Part shown: piece after piece, positions 45,460 through 56,248 of the stretch
How positions within the stretch are numbered: position 1 is the stretch's first letter
Layout of the letters: each line of letters begins with the position of its first letter
Source of the DNA: Tetramitus jugosus
Lineage: Eukaryota > Protista > Heterolobosea
Reading direction: 5' to 3'
Length of the DNA: 64,000 bases
NCBI GenBank assembly: GCA_937625935.1
Contig: OW569387.1
Coordinates: 248,001-312,000, forward strand
Made by a program: the position numbers and the translations under genes
The notes under the pieces: model-generated
Told to the model about the DNA's origin: nothing
Databases searched by the model: none
The model's input: the letters and a program-made list of their open reading frames with translations, nothing else

Positions 45460-45584
45460 TTTTGAGTTTTGTCACACGATCTGAGTTTTTACGGTTTCCA
45501 CAAAACGAACCCAATCAAGCAACTGTAGTCTCCATACATATGGATTCAAATTAGCTCTGACCTTTGTTGGGATGCCTGGTCAAG

Positions 45585-45667
45585 TATTATTGAATTTTGT
45601 GATACTCGAGAATGCCTTCAATTAAGTTGTGCAACTAACTACAAAGGAATCAATCAATTTAAATTCC
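45585..45667 (+). pseudogene. Fragment of F-box/LRR family 5' region
   Basis: attgaattttgtgatactcgagaatg...aaaggaatcaatcaatttaaattc matches about 50840-50912. Confidence 0.75.
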
Positions 45668-46060
45668 CTGTTCAATACTTGTTTTAAATAGAACCCTCAA
45701 GTCGTAGACGAACATTTTCAATTCTTGGAGGCCGTTCATGCGCTGCAATTGAAATTTTGCTCTCAAATCACATCTTCAGCAGAAAGATGGTTGAGTGGTG
45801 TGAAGCCAATTCGATATCTCTTGTCGGGATGAAGAGCAAGGAATAATTCCTGTTCTGGTCTTCAGTTTGTGGTATGTATTTGGTGTTTTTTGACATCAAA
45901 TGGAGTTTTATGGGAACTGAAAGAGCGAAATCTCCGAGTTGAGCTCGGAAGACCGAGCGAAACTGTCCACCCGGACCAAAGTAATAGGCCGGATTACCCT
46001 TTCGTTTCACAACAAGCTGCCACACCAAGACACCAACAATATCACAAAGCAAGGCAGTAA

Positions 46061-46391
46061 AATGGGGAAACGATTGAACAGAAAAGAAAGAAAACGTGAA
46101 CATGATACAGAGGAAATGGTGGATGATCCAAGAGTACCAGTCATTCGATTCCCTCTGGTCATTCTGAGATATTTAGGTGTAGATTTCTTCTTGATTTTAT
46201 TTGGTTTGTTTGGTGCTGCCATCTCTGGTGCCGTTCCCATAGTGATCAATTTGGTCTTAGGAAATGTGATCGATGGTCTTACCAAGTCCTCTGCTGCCAC
46301 CAAGAGTAAGGTTGTGAATGCAGCTTCTGCCGTCCGTACTCTAGCCTCCTTTCAAACCATTGTGACAAGATCAGGAACCTCAGTAATGTAG
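46061..46391 (+). pseudogene. ABCB-type transporter N-terminal fragment ending inside a 5S remnant
   Basis: DFFLILFGLFGAAISGAVPIVINLVLGNVIDGL; stop TAG supplied by the 5S-derived sequence. Confidence 0.65.
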
Positions 46392-46968
46392 GCTTTTGCA
46401 TGGGAGCATTTAAGTCGGTTGCCCTTGGTCTGTTGCTGATTCTCTTTACAGTACTGATAATGATAATGTATTATCCTGTCATTCCCCATCCATTCCATAA
46501 GGACTATCGAACTGGACTCGCAATAACCACCTTCTTTTTATAGGCATTAGTAATGTAGGCTTTTGGCCTTGTGTTCGGTTTCTTGTTGTTTCGCTGCCCT
46601 GCATTTCTTTTCTTTGGAAGTTTCAAGTGAACCATATTGTGCAGGAATGGAACTCTTTTGGCACAAACAAATACTTATTGGTCTTCAGTAATACTCAGAG
46701 CAACATGGAGAGGACATCCAGCAACTTATCAGCTGAAACGACTCACTCCTTCCAACCTGGCGAAGTCTTCTGCCGTTGCCCTGGTCAGGGTGAGCAGGTG
46801 TGAGTTTTAAATTACATATGTTATCAAGTCTTCCGCAATCAGATCACTGCAAGAAACCTGAACTCAATAATCATCGAGTTTTGTGACACTCAAGAATGGT
46901 TCCACTTTAGTTACACTTGCAAAGGAATCGATTGTTCATGTTCAACAAGACGAGTAATGTCGGCTTTT
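46375..46968 (+). repeat. Three 5S rRNA 3'-end plus terminator remnants (46375-46397, 46549-46564, 46953-46968)
   Basis: gaacctcagtaatgtaggctttt, agtaatgtaggctttt, agtaatgtcggctttt match the ends of the 5S copies. Confidence 0.85.
46870..46950 (+). pseudogene. Fragment of F-box/LRR family 5' region
   Basis: atcatcgagttttgtgacactc...agttacacttgcaaaggaatc matches about 50838-50898. Confidence 0.75.
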
Positions 46969-47251
46969 ATCTTGTTTTCATGTCGGGTCTTTTAAACTCG
47001 ATTGTCTTCGTTCGCTCATAAATTAAGAAATGCATTGCTGTTTCATTGTTTATTATTGTTACAAAAATTAATCTTTCGCATGTATTTCAGCTCTTATCCA
47101 TCATCCATCACACATACACTACTTGACGCAGCTCTCTAACCGTGTGACACATATTCCGCCACATCAACAAAGAGCTGTTTCTCAGGTTTGAACCAAACAA
47201 TGATAGAACTTACTGACAAAAACACACAGTGTACAGAGAGAGAGATTTGAC

Positions 47252-47772
47252 TCATTCATCATCAGCAGTCGTCAATTTTTTCTTTGCCCAGTGAACTGCA
47301 CTCTTATCCACAGCTCTCTTTGGTACTCGCAACACAACAAACGGTTGAGTCGTAGCCATCGTTCCAAACTGACTCTTTGGTTCCTTGTCGCGCGCATAAA
47401 CGTCCAATTTTTTCCTTTTTGAGTCAAACACAATTTTTTTAATGACGATAGAGTAGCCGCCAGTGGGCTTCGAACCTGAGGCGACATAAACGAGCACATC
47501 GTTTGAAAAATCGGTCGCAACGACAATGTCGTTCTTTATGCCTGCGGCGATCGCGTCCTTATCACTACATGTACACATGGTGTGAATATAGATTAAAAAA
47601 AAATTTGTAGAGAGGAAATGAATGAATGAACGTACGATGTAAGATAGAGAATATGAACATCAGTTGGATGAACACCGTAGAATCCTTGTTGAACAATATC
47701 AAAGAGAATTTGTTCCTTGTGTTCACTTTGAGTTGGACTAGTGCTGCTATTGTTGTTGTTGGTGCTGGACAT
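47252..47772 (-). CDS. PrcB C-terminal-domain-like protein (149 aa); intron 47565-47635
   Basis: Spliced frame MSSTNN...YLTS|DKD...DFSNDVLVYVASGSKPTGGYSIVIKKI...TMATTQPFVVLRVPK. Confidence 0.75.
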
Positions 47773-48214
47773 GATAGTAGTTGTTATGGTGTAAAGGTTG
47801 TTGTTTTTTGTTTTTGATCTTGTTGGTTTTTTTTTTGATCGTCGTTATGCTTTTTTGTCCGATTTTGTGTGCCCCGAAGTTTTTATGCCTTTTCGTGTCA
47901 GATGTTTCTGAGATGTTCCATAATTCATCAAGATGTCACGATCGCCTTGGAAGCTTTTGACGAATCACAAACAGCAAAACATTCTCCGTTCATCTGCATA
48001 TATCTTAAGACTTTATCATTGTGCCATGTTTTTCCATGGGCAATCTTTTTAGGGCAAGGGCGATCCGTAGATTTTGACTGGGTGACGTCAATTTTCTCTT
48101 CATAGCGGAGATATTTTGCATTCCACCAAAATTCGCCACGCAACCAAAACTTCAAGTCCTTTTATTGTTCAACAAACAAACAAAAAAATCACAACAACCA
48201 CAATTTGAATATTT

Positions 48215-49954
48215 ATGTCAACAACATCACCCAACGGTGATGACAACCAACCCATTCTCACTCAACAATCGTCCAACAACAACAATTATGGCTCTACCTT
48301 AGACACCCTCTATCCCACCGTTGAACCTAATTCTCCGATCGATAATTCTCCTCCTCCCGCCAAAAAATCTACAGGAAAGGTAGGCAGTATAGCAACTGTA
48401 TTTAGCATTTGGAACACAATGGTAGGAAGCACACTATTGTCTATACCATGGGGATTCCGTCAATCAGGCATCGTCCTAGGATGCATTGTTTTTTTTCTCA
48501 TTGCTTTCATCTCCTACTACACTTGTACACTGGTTGTGCGACACTCTAAAAATATGAAACAATTCAAGTTGTTGTTTGGAGTGACCTTGGACGATAGTAA
48601 GAAGAAAAATCATCAGAGCTCTGTGAATCGATCAGAAGCTGATGTTGATGATGACCATGAAAATGATGAAAAAATGGTTGTCAATGAAGCAGAGGAAGAA
48701 GAAACGAATCGATTATTGACCAAAAATGATATCATAACTGATGAATTAGAAAATGGTAGTGAAGAAGAAGAAATTCATGATTTTTCAGAAATTTGTGTCG
48801 TGGCACTGGGTAGATGGTCCAGATTTGTCTCCATTTCCACCAGTATTCTCATTTTGATTGGTGGTTCCATTGCCTATCATATTTTGATGCGTGATTGTTT
48901 ATTGTCCATTGTTTATGGCATATCTGGTCTCACTGAAAACAAGAAATTTCCGTGGCAAAAGGGTGGGCCACCATGGTATTGGAACGATATTGTCGCGTCG
49001 CTTGCAATTGTTGCCGTTGCGTTTCCATTGAGTCTTTTCAAGGATTTGAAACTGTTGGGCAAAATCAATTCATTGGGCGTGTTTTTCGTCATGGGACTCT
49101 TGTCGTTTATTGTGTATGCGTGTACGAGAGGATTCATTGATCCTTATTGGACTCTGCACAATAGTCAAAAGAATCAAACAATGATTGCTACTGCTGCATC
49201 ATTGTCAAGTGGTTTTGACTTGGAATTAATGATGGATTCGATTGAATGGTCGAGTATTTTGTTTGGTAATGGAACGAATCCTGATCACCCTAAACTGGTG
49301 AATCAATTGCAATTGTTTTCCATCAATTTCTCTCACTTGTTGGCCATTCTATCACTCAGTTTCTTTATTCACAGTGTCATTGTGAGTATTTTGAAGAATC
49401 AGAAGAGTTTGAAACGTACGACGAGAGACTCTGCAATTGCTTTTATGATGGCTGGCATGTGCTATTTTATACCTGGTGTGTTGGGTTCGGTCGCTTTCCG
49501 TTATGTGCCCACCGATTCGATTCAACAAAACTTTTTGAACCAGTTTTCAAACAAGGACATTATTGCCAATATTGCTCGCTCATCCGTGTTGTTGCAGCTC
49601 ATTGGTATCTATCCATTGTTGCTCTATGTGATTCGTGTGCAATTGTTTGAGGCGACCATGAACAAGACGTATCCTGGATTTATTTTGACCTTTATTCTCA
49701 ATTTGTTCTGTTGTCTGTCGACAACGTTGTTTGCTTGCTTCTATCCAAACGTAGGAACAGTGCTCACCTATGTGGGAGCCATTTGCGGACTGGTTTATTT
49801 GTTTATTCTTCCAATTGGTGTCCATTTGTCAGTGATGAGAAAGCTTGGACAACTGAGATGGTACTCGGTCATTTTCCACATATCACTTGTGATTTTCGGT
49901 ACTTCCATTCTCGTACTTCAATTTATTCCATTTGAGAAAATTATCAAAAAGTAA
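48215..49954 (+). CDS. SLC38A9-like amino acid transporter
   Basis: TVFSIWNTMVGSTLLSIPWGFRQSG, LSLSFFIHS, FACFYPNVGTVLTYVGAICG; multiple TM helices. Confidence 0.9.
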   Translation: MSTTSPNGDDNQPILTQQSSNNNNYGSTLDTLYPTVEPNSPIDNSPPPAKKSTGKVGSIATVFSIWNTMVGSTLLSIPWGFRQSGIVLGCIVFFLIAFISYYTCTLVVRHSKNMKQFKLLFGVTLDDSKKKNHQSSVNRSEADVDDDHENDEKMVVNEAEEEETNRLLTKNDIITDELENGSEEEEIHDFSEICVVALGRWSRFVSISTSILILIGGSIAYHILMRDCLLSIVYGISGLTENKKFPWQKGGPPWYWNDIVASLAIVAVAFPLSLFKDLKLLGKINSLGVFFVMGLLSFIVYACTRGFIDPYWTLHNSQKNQTMIATAASLSSGFDLELMMDSIEWSSILFGNGTNPDHPKLVNQLQLFSINFSHLLAILSLSFFIHSVIVSILKNQKSLKRTTRDSAIAFMMAGMCYFIPGVLGSVAFRYVPTDSIQQNFLNQFSNKDIIANIARSSVLLQLIGIYPLLLYVIRVQLFEATMNKTYPGFILTFILNLFCCLSTTLFACFYPNVGTVLTYVGAICGLVYLFILPIGVHLSVMRKLGQLRWYSVIFHISLVIFGTSILVLQFIPFEKIIKK

Positions 49955-50160
49955 AGGACTTGAGGTCTGAGAAACAATTTTTCATCGTATTATCCTGGGT
50001 GATGTGGGTTCCGGTAGATGCTGGGCAGTTGGTGTGTATTTAGTTTTAGATGACGGGCGAGAAAGATGAGGATGTTCCTGCAGAAAACCGCAGACAACCA
50101 TTTGGTGTCAAGAATGATTGGAATAAATTCGAAATTAACAACAAGCCTTTCAACAACAAG

Positions 50161-50650
50161 ATGAGTATCACTAAGCCATGCCTCAGAAATTTTTTCAGCA
50201 ATAACCAAGCATATTCCAGAAGCAGAACAAGAAGTTGTACTCCATAAATATATTCTGACAGCGAACTTGGTAAGGAGCTTTTACAACTGGTCAAATTGAA
50301 ACTCCAAGGATGTTGCTTCGATGATTGTCTTGGCAAAAAAATATCAAATCACAGCAGTCATTCCCACTCCGTTGAGTGTTTTGTTGGAGAATCTCGAAGA
50401 GCAATTGCATGCAATGTCTGAAGTTGGATCGGGAGAATGAGCTGTTCAATGAAGTGAAAGATTTGGTACGTAACAATTTACATTAGCATATGCTGAGGAG
50501 ATATGTGTTGAGTAACAATGGAAAGGTGATTGATATATCTCTAAAGGATGGATATTTGAGCTTATCATTGAATGGTGAGGACAAAGGAGTTGCCTTCAGA
50601 GGCTTACCTGATGATTTGTTCCCTTCTTTTGACATTCACAACGCGAATGA
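50161..50650 (+). pseudogene. Internally deleted paralog of the BTB/SPRY gene at 52048
   Basis: Starts atgagtatcactaagccatgc; colinear blocks through gacattcacaacgcg with large deletions and frameshifts. Confidence 0.85.
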
Positions 50651-50729
50651 CTCGATATTTTCATTGCGGGAAAATAGTCAACCAAAACAAAAAGTGGAAA
50701 CCAGAAGAAGAAGACATCGATAACAACAC

Positions 50730-51833
50730 ATGCAGACCGAAGAGGACAGCTATATCAAGCGTAGACCGAATGAAGGTGATGAATGTCAAAAGAATGGTGA
50801 ATCTGGTTTTTCGCTCTGCAGGGACACATGGTCAAAAATCATTGAGTTTTGTGACACTCCTGAATGGCTTCAATTGAGTTACACTTGCAAGGGAATCAAT
50901 CAATTCAAATTCAATCGATCCATCATGGCCAACAAGGAAAAGACACTAAACTCCACTTTGGATGATGAGCAAATTGCACACTGGTTTCAATTGGGAAAAG
51001 GAACATTGTTTAATGTGAACTTGAACGCTAGTTCTTCAGTGCTGGATGAACATTTCCAATTCTTGGAAGGAATTCACTCTCTTGATATGAGTGGTTGCGA
51101 TCAAATCACAGACAATGCAATTTCTCATTTGACTGGTATTCATACACTCTATATGACCAGTTGCTATCAAATTACAGATCAAGCCGTATCTTATTTGACT
51201 AACATTCACACACTCAGTTTGAGTGATTGCAGTCAAATCACGGATGATGCATTTTCTCATTTGACTGGTATTCATACACTGTATGTTAGCACCTGCAATC
51301 AACTCACAGACAAGGCGTTTTCCTATTTGACTGGTGTACACACGCTCGACATGAGCGATTGTGAGAATATAACAGACGATGCATTCTCTCATTTGACTGG
51401 TATTCATACACTCGATATGCGAAATTGTCCTCAAATCACTGACAGTGCATTTATTCATTTGGTTGGCATCCACACACTCGATGTGGCTCACTGCTCTATC
51501 ACAGACAATGCATTCACTCACTTGACTGGCATCCATACACTCAATATGAGTTATTGTGATCAAATCACAGACAACGCATTTGCTCATCTAGCTGGCATCC
51601 ATACTCTCTCTATGATAGGTTGCAAGCAAATTACTGATAAGGCGTTTCCTCATTTGACTGGTATTCACACACTCGATATGAGCTATTGCGATCAAATCAC
51701 AGATAGTGCCCTCACTCATCTGACTGGTATTCATACTCTCGATGTGAGTGGTTGTGATCAAGTCAAGGGTCAGTTTGCTCATTTGACTAGAACTCACACA
51801 CTCTACCACAAGAAAGAATCGAACTGGATTTGA
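50730..51833 (+). CDS. F-box-like plus 11 tandem cysteine-containing leucine-rich repeats (22 aa unit)
   Basis: LCRDTWSKIIEFC..LSYTCK; repeat ITDxAFxHLTGIHTLxMSxCxQ (66-bp period). Confidence 0.9.
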   Translation: MQTEEDSYIKRRPNEGDECQKNGESGFSLCRDTWSKIIEFCDTPEWLQLSYTCKGINQFKFNRSIMANKEKTLNSTLDDEQIAHWFQLGKGTLFNVNLNASSSVLDEHFQFLEGIHSLDMSGCDQITDNAISHLTGIHTLYMTSCYQITDQAVSYLTNIHTLSLSDCSQITDDAFSHLTGIHTLYVSTCNQLTDKAFSYLTGVHTLDMSDCENITDDAFSHLTGIHTLDMRNCPQITDSAFIHLVGIHTLDVAHCSITDNAFTHLTGIHTLNMSYCDQITDNAFAHLAGIHTLSMIGCKQITDKAFPHLTGIHTLDMSYCDQITDSALTHLTGIHTLDVSGCDQVKGQFAHLTRTHTLYHKKESNWI

Positions 51834-52047
51834 AAGAGTCAACTATCTTTCCATACAAGAAAGAGGATCTGGGAAACTAAAAGAGAAATATTAATAAAGA
51901 GCGACTGCTTGTTGAAGATGTCTGCGTGAGGGTCCCTAGCGTTTATTTGTAGACATTCTCCTCCTCGAAATTTCTGCAAACATCCTCGCTGCAGAAAATC
52001 TGATCGCACACTCCTGGACCAAAAACCTGACAACGTCACAGCCAAAG

Positions 52048-53169
52048 ATGAGTACCACTAAGCCATGCCCTCAGACCTTTGCAAACCTTAAAAGTCTGTT
52101 CAACAATCAAACAGATTCCGATTGTCAAATATTCTTTACGAAACAAAATAAGAAGTTGTTCCTTCAAAAATCCATCTTGAAAGTGAACAGTGATTTCTTC
52201 AAGGCCTGCTTTGAGAGCAACATGTCTGAGTCAAGAGAAGGAGTTGTAAATATTGAAGAAGATGATGACGGTCCAATGACAGAGTTGGTCAAGAGCTTTT
52301 ACACTGGTCAAATTGAGATTCCAAAAAAGGATGATGTTGCTTCCATGATTGTCTTGGCACAAAAGTATCAAATCGTAGCCGTTGTTCCTACTCTACTGGA
52401 AGCATTGACGGAGAATGTGAATGAAAGTAACTTTTTGCAGTGCTTGAAACTGGATTGGGAGAATGAACTGTTCAGAGAAGTGAAAGAAAAAGTTCAGAAT
52501 AAGTTTCACATGTATTTGGAGGAGATATGGAAGGGAGATGCGTATTTGAATCTGAGTATTGAACAATGGTTGTCCGCCTTGAATCTCATTGTCCACAAAG
52601 GAAACTGTGTCAAGGCCTATAATGCTGTTCATGATTGGGTGAAGGTGGATGAAGCAAGCAGAGCTCAATACAGTTTTGCGTTAATTTCTGCTGTGAGGAG
52701 GTCATCCGATCGAATTGCTCTCACTTTTCAATCTGCTTTCTGTGGCAGTAAGGCCACTCTCTCGAATTCAAACAGAAGAATCAAGAAAGATTCCACCACA
52801 TCATGGGATTGTGGTGCGCTGGGTACAAAATACAATCACTTTTCAATTCGTCTGTTGAGTAATTGTACGAACCTTATGGTCGGAATGGCTCCACAAGGAA
52901 TCAAGAAGGAAGGAAACAATTATGCAAGCTGCGGATGGTATTTGTACTGTGCCACAGGTGGTCTCTATTCTCAAAGTGGAGACAGTAACAAAGCGTATGC
53001 ACAGAAGTGCTGTGACAATGGAACAGTGATTGACGTTTCGCTAAATGATGGGTGTTTGAGTTTCTCTGTCAACGGTGTAGACAAGGGAGTTGCCTACATG
53101 AATTTGCCAGATAATTTGTTCCCAGCATTTGACATTCATAACGCGCAATGCGAGTTTGAGTTCTGTTAG
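52048..53169 (+). CDS. BTB/POZ-BACK protein with SPRY-like C-terminal domain
   Basis: LFNNQTDSDCQI..SDFFKACFESNMSES..FYTG; LMVGMAP..GWYLYC..LSFSVNGVDKGVAY..LFPAF. Confidence 0.88.
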   Translation: MSTTKPCPQTFANLKSLFNNQTDSDCQIFFTKQNKKLFLQKSILKVNSDFFKACFESNMSESREGVVNIEEDDDGPMTELVKSFYTGQIEIPKKDDVASMIVLAQKYQIVAVVPTLLEALTENVNESNFLQCLKLDWENELFREVKEKVQNKFHMYLEEIWKGDAYLNLSIEQWLSALNLIVHKGNCVKAYNAVHDWVKVDEASRAQYSFALISAVRRSSDRIALTFQSAFCGSKATLSNSNRRIKKDSTTSWDCGALGTKYNHFSIRLLSNCTNLMVGMAPQGIKKEGNNYASCGWYLYCATGGLYSQSGDSNKAYAQKCCDNGTVIDVSLNDGCLSFSVNGVDKGVAYMNLPDNLFPAFDIHNAQCEFEFC

Positions 53170-53315
53170 AACACTGTCTTTCATTTGTAATTAACGGCCA
53201 GCACCTTTGTTGAAACTTCCATAAAAACATTAGGTCACAACAAATGTCACACCAAATATCTTGCAGGTAATTCCACACTTTTCAAAGTGCACAAAAACAA
53301 GAATGATTCGGTGGT

Positions 53316-53847
53316 TCAGTTTGTTTCTCTGCATTTACACATATTAACATCCATACATATTCCATTATCTGAACAAACATTGCTCTCATTGTGTTTGATA
53401 TCATAACAATTGAAAAGTTCGCAATCATTTCCATAGTATCCATTCTCGCATGTCACTCCCAGAGAGCCAATGGAAGACAAGCCAATAAACAAATCTGTTT
53501 GTAATGGATTTTCAAGTATCGACAAGAAGGTTTGCTCCTCGAGAGGAGCATGTACCAAACCGAATACACGTGTTTGCAATTCTGGATATCTAGGTGATAC
53601 GTGCTCCACAAACTTGCTCTTAGTGTTTGACATTGTTGGATTCGTACTGTGTATTACTGTCACTCCAACAATTATAGTCATCATACGAAAACGAAGAGAA
53701 CATAGAATGAAATCGGAACTTAGAGCATGTCTATTGGAGGATCCTAACATTCTCTATTTGTATGGATATTCTTCCAATGACAATGGTGACAAATTTTTGA
53801 TCACTGAAACTGAATTCGCAAGATCAATTGAAAAGACCATCATTTGA
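53316..53847. pseudogene. Two EGF-repeat gene fragments on opposite strands
   Basis: Plus: CNGFSSIDKKVCSSRGAC..GYLGDTC plus TM; minus: CENGYYGNDC..VCSDNGIC..CKC. Confidence 0.6.
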
Positions 53848-54048
53848 GGAAATTACAACTGAATTGAACAGAATAACAGTTTGAGACGTGTGTGAGATTG
53901 AGACACATGCATCCATGTCGCCATGAAGGTCGACAGAAAGCTCATTTATTGACAGATGGTTATGAATTTAATGTTTGCACCAATTGGTACAATAATTTTG
54001 ATGCTACTACTAAACAACATGTTCCACTATTTACAGACACTAGCTACA

Positions 54049-55344
54049 TCACAGTAAGGTGACTAATACATCACCAGATCCCGTCGATGCGTTCAATACA
54101 CTGGTCGGAGTTGGACTGTCAACAAATCCTTCACGTCTATCTTCCTTATTCTTTGTGTATGTGATCTGCTTGGCACCCGCATTATTAATCCTTGCTTCAC
54201 CCGAGTTGGTATTGACAACGAACGAACCTTGGAAGTAGCTAACACCTAGATTAATATTTCCAGATGAAGCAGAAGTATTGATGAATGGAGCTTGAACAGA
54301 ATGAATCGTCTGGTCACCAGATGATAGTTTGGTGGTTACTCCATAGGATGAGATCATTGAGCGAGCATTCAAGTCCCCAGAGTTGCTTATCAATGCAATA
54401 TTTCCTGAAGCTGTCATAGCACCGAAACTTTGATCGCCAGACGATGCTTTAATCTTGATTGCTCCTTGTGTGCTAGTAATCGTTTCAACCTTGATGTTTC
54501 CTGAACTAGATTCAATGAGTATCTCATCGAGAGCTAGGAGATTAGAGAATCTGATATCTCCCGAGCCCGAATGGATCTGAACACTATTGAATTTCAAAGA
54601 GCGTCCCGCTTCACCTCCTTGATACACATCACCAGAATTGATGTATATTTCTAGATTCATGGTCTCTGCTGCCGCTGGGATGTACACCTTTCTGACGACC
54701 TTTTGACAAGCTTTGCCCGCACCAGTTGTTTCAAGAGTAAGAGTGTTCCCAGACGAGGAAAAGGTTGTGATAGAGTTACGATAATATCTCCAAGAAGTAT
54801 CCACCTCTACGATTATCGTTGATCCAGATGTAGGTATCAACTCAACATCTCCGTCACCAGCAATCACAAATGTCATGGATTCAACAGGTATACTCACAAT
54901 AGGCGGATCAAATGAAAACTGCTCCTGTTTGTGATATGGCAAACCAGAGAGACAAGTCAAAGAAACTGGTAATGCAATCGCAAGAATAACAAGTACCAGA
55001 CAACATAGACCACAGCCCAACCCACCAATCAACAGATACTTTCGTCTGGATGTTTTTGGAGCAGATCCGAGTTCATCACTCTTCTGGACTGGATCGTCGC
55101 TATATTGACTTGTCGTCTCTGCTGGTGCATACTCTTGTTCATTGAGACATGCTTGTTGCATGTATAGCCCCTGTGGTTCTTGAACGTTGGAAAACGTTGG
55201 AAAGATATTCTGTGGTGTTAGGGGTGGTGCATTAGGCTCTTCATCTGACTTCACCTCAGGATACAACTCGGTGCTTTGTATAGGCTTCATTTGTGTTTGT
55301 TTTTCTGAGGTATTATATTCTGCCTGATGTCTTTTTCTATGCAT
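54049..55344 (-). CDS. Membrane-anchored DUF4097/putative-adhesin beta-repeat protein
   Basis: Cys-rich TM segment followed by repeated xSSGD/NI motifs. Confidence 0.75.
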   Translation of the reverse strand: MHRKRHQAEYNTSEKQTQMKPIQSTELYPEVKSDEEPNAPPLTPQNIFPTFSNVQEPQGLYMQQACLNEQEYAPAETTSQYSDDPVQKSDELGSAPKTSRRKYLLIGGLGCGLCCLVLVILAIALPVSLTCLSGLPYHKQEQFSFDPPIVSIPVESMTFVIAGDGDVELIPTSGSTIIVEVDTSWRYYRNSITTFSSSGNTLTLETTGAGKACQKVVRKVYIPAAAETMNLEIYINSGDVYQGGEAGRSLKFNSVQIHSGSGDIRFSNLLALDEILIESSSGNIKVETITSTQGAIKIKASSGDQSFGAMTASGNIALISNSGDLNARSMISSYGVTTKLSSGDQTIHSVQAPFINTSASSGNINLGVSYFQGSFVVNTNSGEARINNAGAKQITYTKNKEDRREGFVDSPTPTSVLNASTGSGDVLVTLL

Positions 55345-55646
55345 GCTGGAAGCAGAAGAAGGTTCGAAGGTAAGGCAGCCAGGAAATTAATGGTGTCAAG
55401 CCATTGTTTTAGATGTCAAGGTTAAGCATGCGAGCATCCAAACATGGCAAGATTTCGAATGTTGTCCAGTATCTTTTAATAATCTCGCCACTTTTTCTTG
55501 CAGAATGTTTGATTATGGCGTCATTGTCCTTCGTGACTATGCACCATGACCAGATGGTTGTCTGGTTCACAAAGAGCCGACCATAAACTACAGGAAGACT
55601 TTATTCCGTTGTGCCAATTTGAAATGCGAACCGCATTCAACTTGAC

Positions 55647-56040
55647 AACAATCAAACAGATTCCGATTCAAATGTTCTTTACACAACAAAATAAGCCAAG
55701 GGTCATCCGATAGATCGACTGGAATCTTGTTGGCCTGATTTCAGTGGAAGCAAGACAATCAAAAGGGAAGCCTCGGCAGGATGGAACCGTGCTGCTCTTG
55801 GAACAAAATGCTCTAATCACTTTTCAATTCGATTATTGAACAATTGTTCGAAATTAATGGTTGAAATGACCCACAAGGTAATTACAAGAAGAACAGGTGG
55901 TCTCTATTCTCAAAGTGGAGACACTAACAAAGAATTTGCACAAAAGTGCAGTAACAATGGAACGGTGACTGATGTTTCGCTAAAGGATGTTTGTCCTTCT
56001 CTGTGAATGGTGTGGACAAGTGAATTTGCCAGACCATTTG
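55647..56040 (+). pseudogene. Second internally deleted paralog of the BTB/SPRY gene
   Basis: acaatcaaacagattccgatt, aatcacttttcaattcg, ggtggtctctattctcaaagtggagac match 52103-53120 in order. Confidence 0.85.
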
Positions 56041-56248
56041 TTAGGATTCCTTGCATCGTATCATCCATAAAGGAAAACACTAGAACAAATTGTGCTTGTT
56101 CTCCAGATTCCAAAATATGTTGTAGATGTCACACCGGAAACTTGGATAAACTCCGATGACAAGCTTGTGTGGACAAGAACAAAAGCTTTCAGAACAAAAA
56201 AAAGCACCAAATATCAAACACCTACTTCGCACGTAAACAAAGTAAAGA

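Noticed and set aside
46355-46955. A 5S-targeting retroelement inserted before the 5S scars
   Set aside because: Sequences upstream of the three scars are unrelated to each other and lack polyA or TSDs
51036-51842. Long antisense ORFs with periodic sequence; possible CRISPR-like array
   Set aside because: Shadow of the 66-bp LRR coding repeat; no repeat-spacer structure
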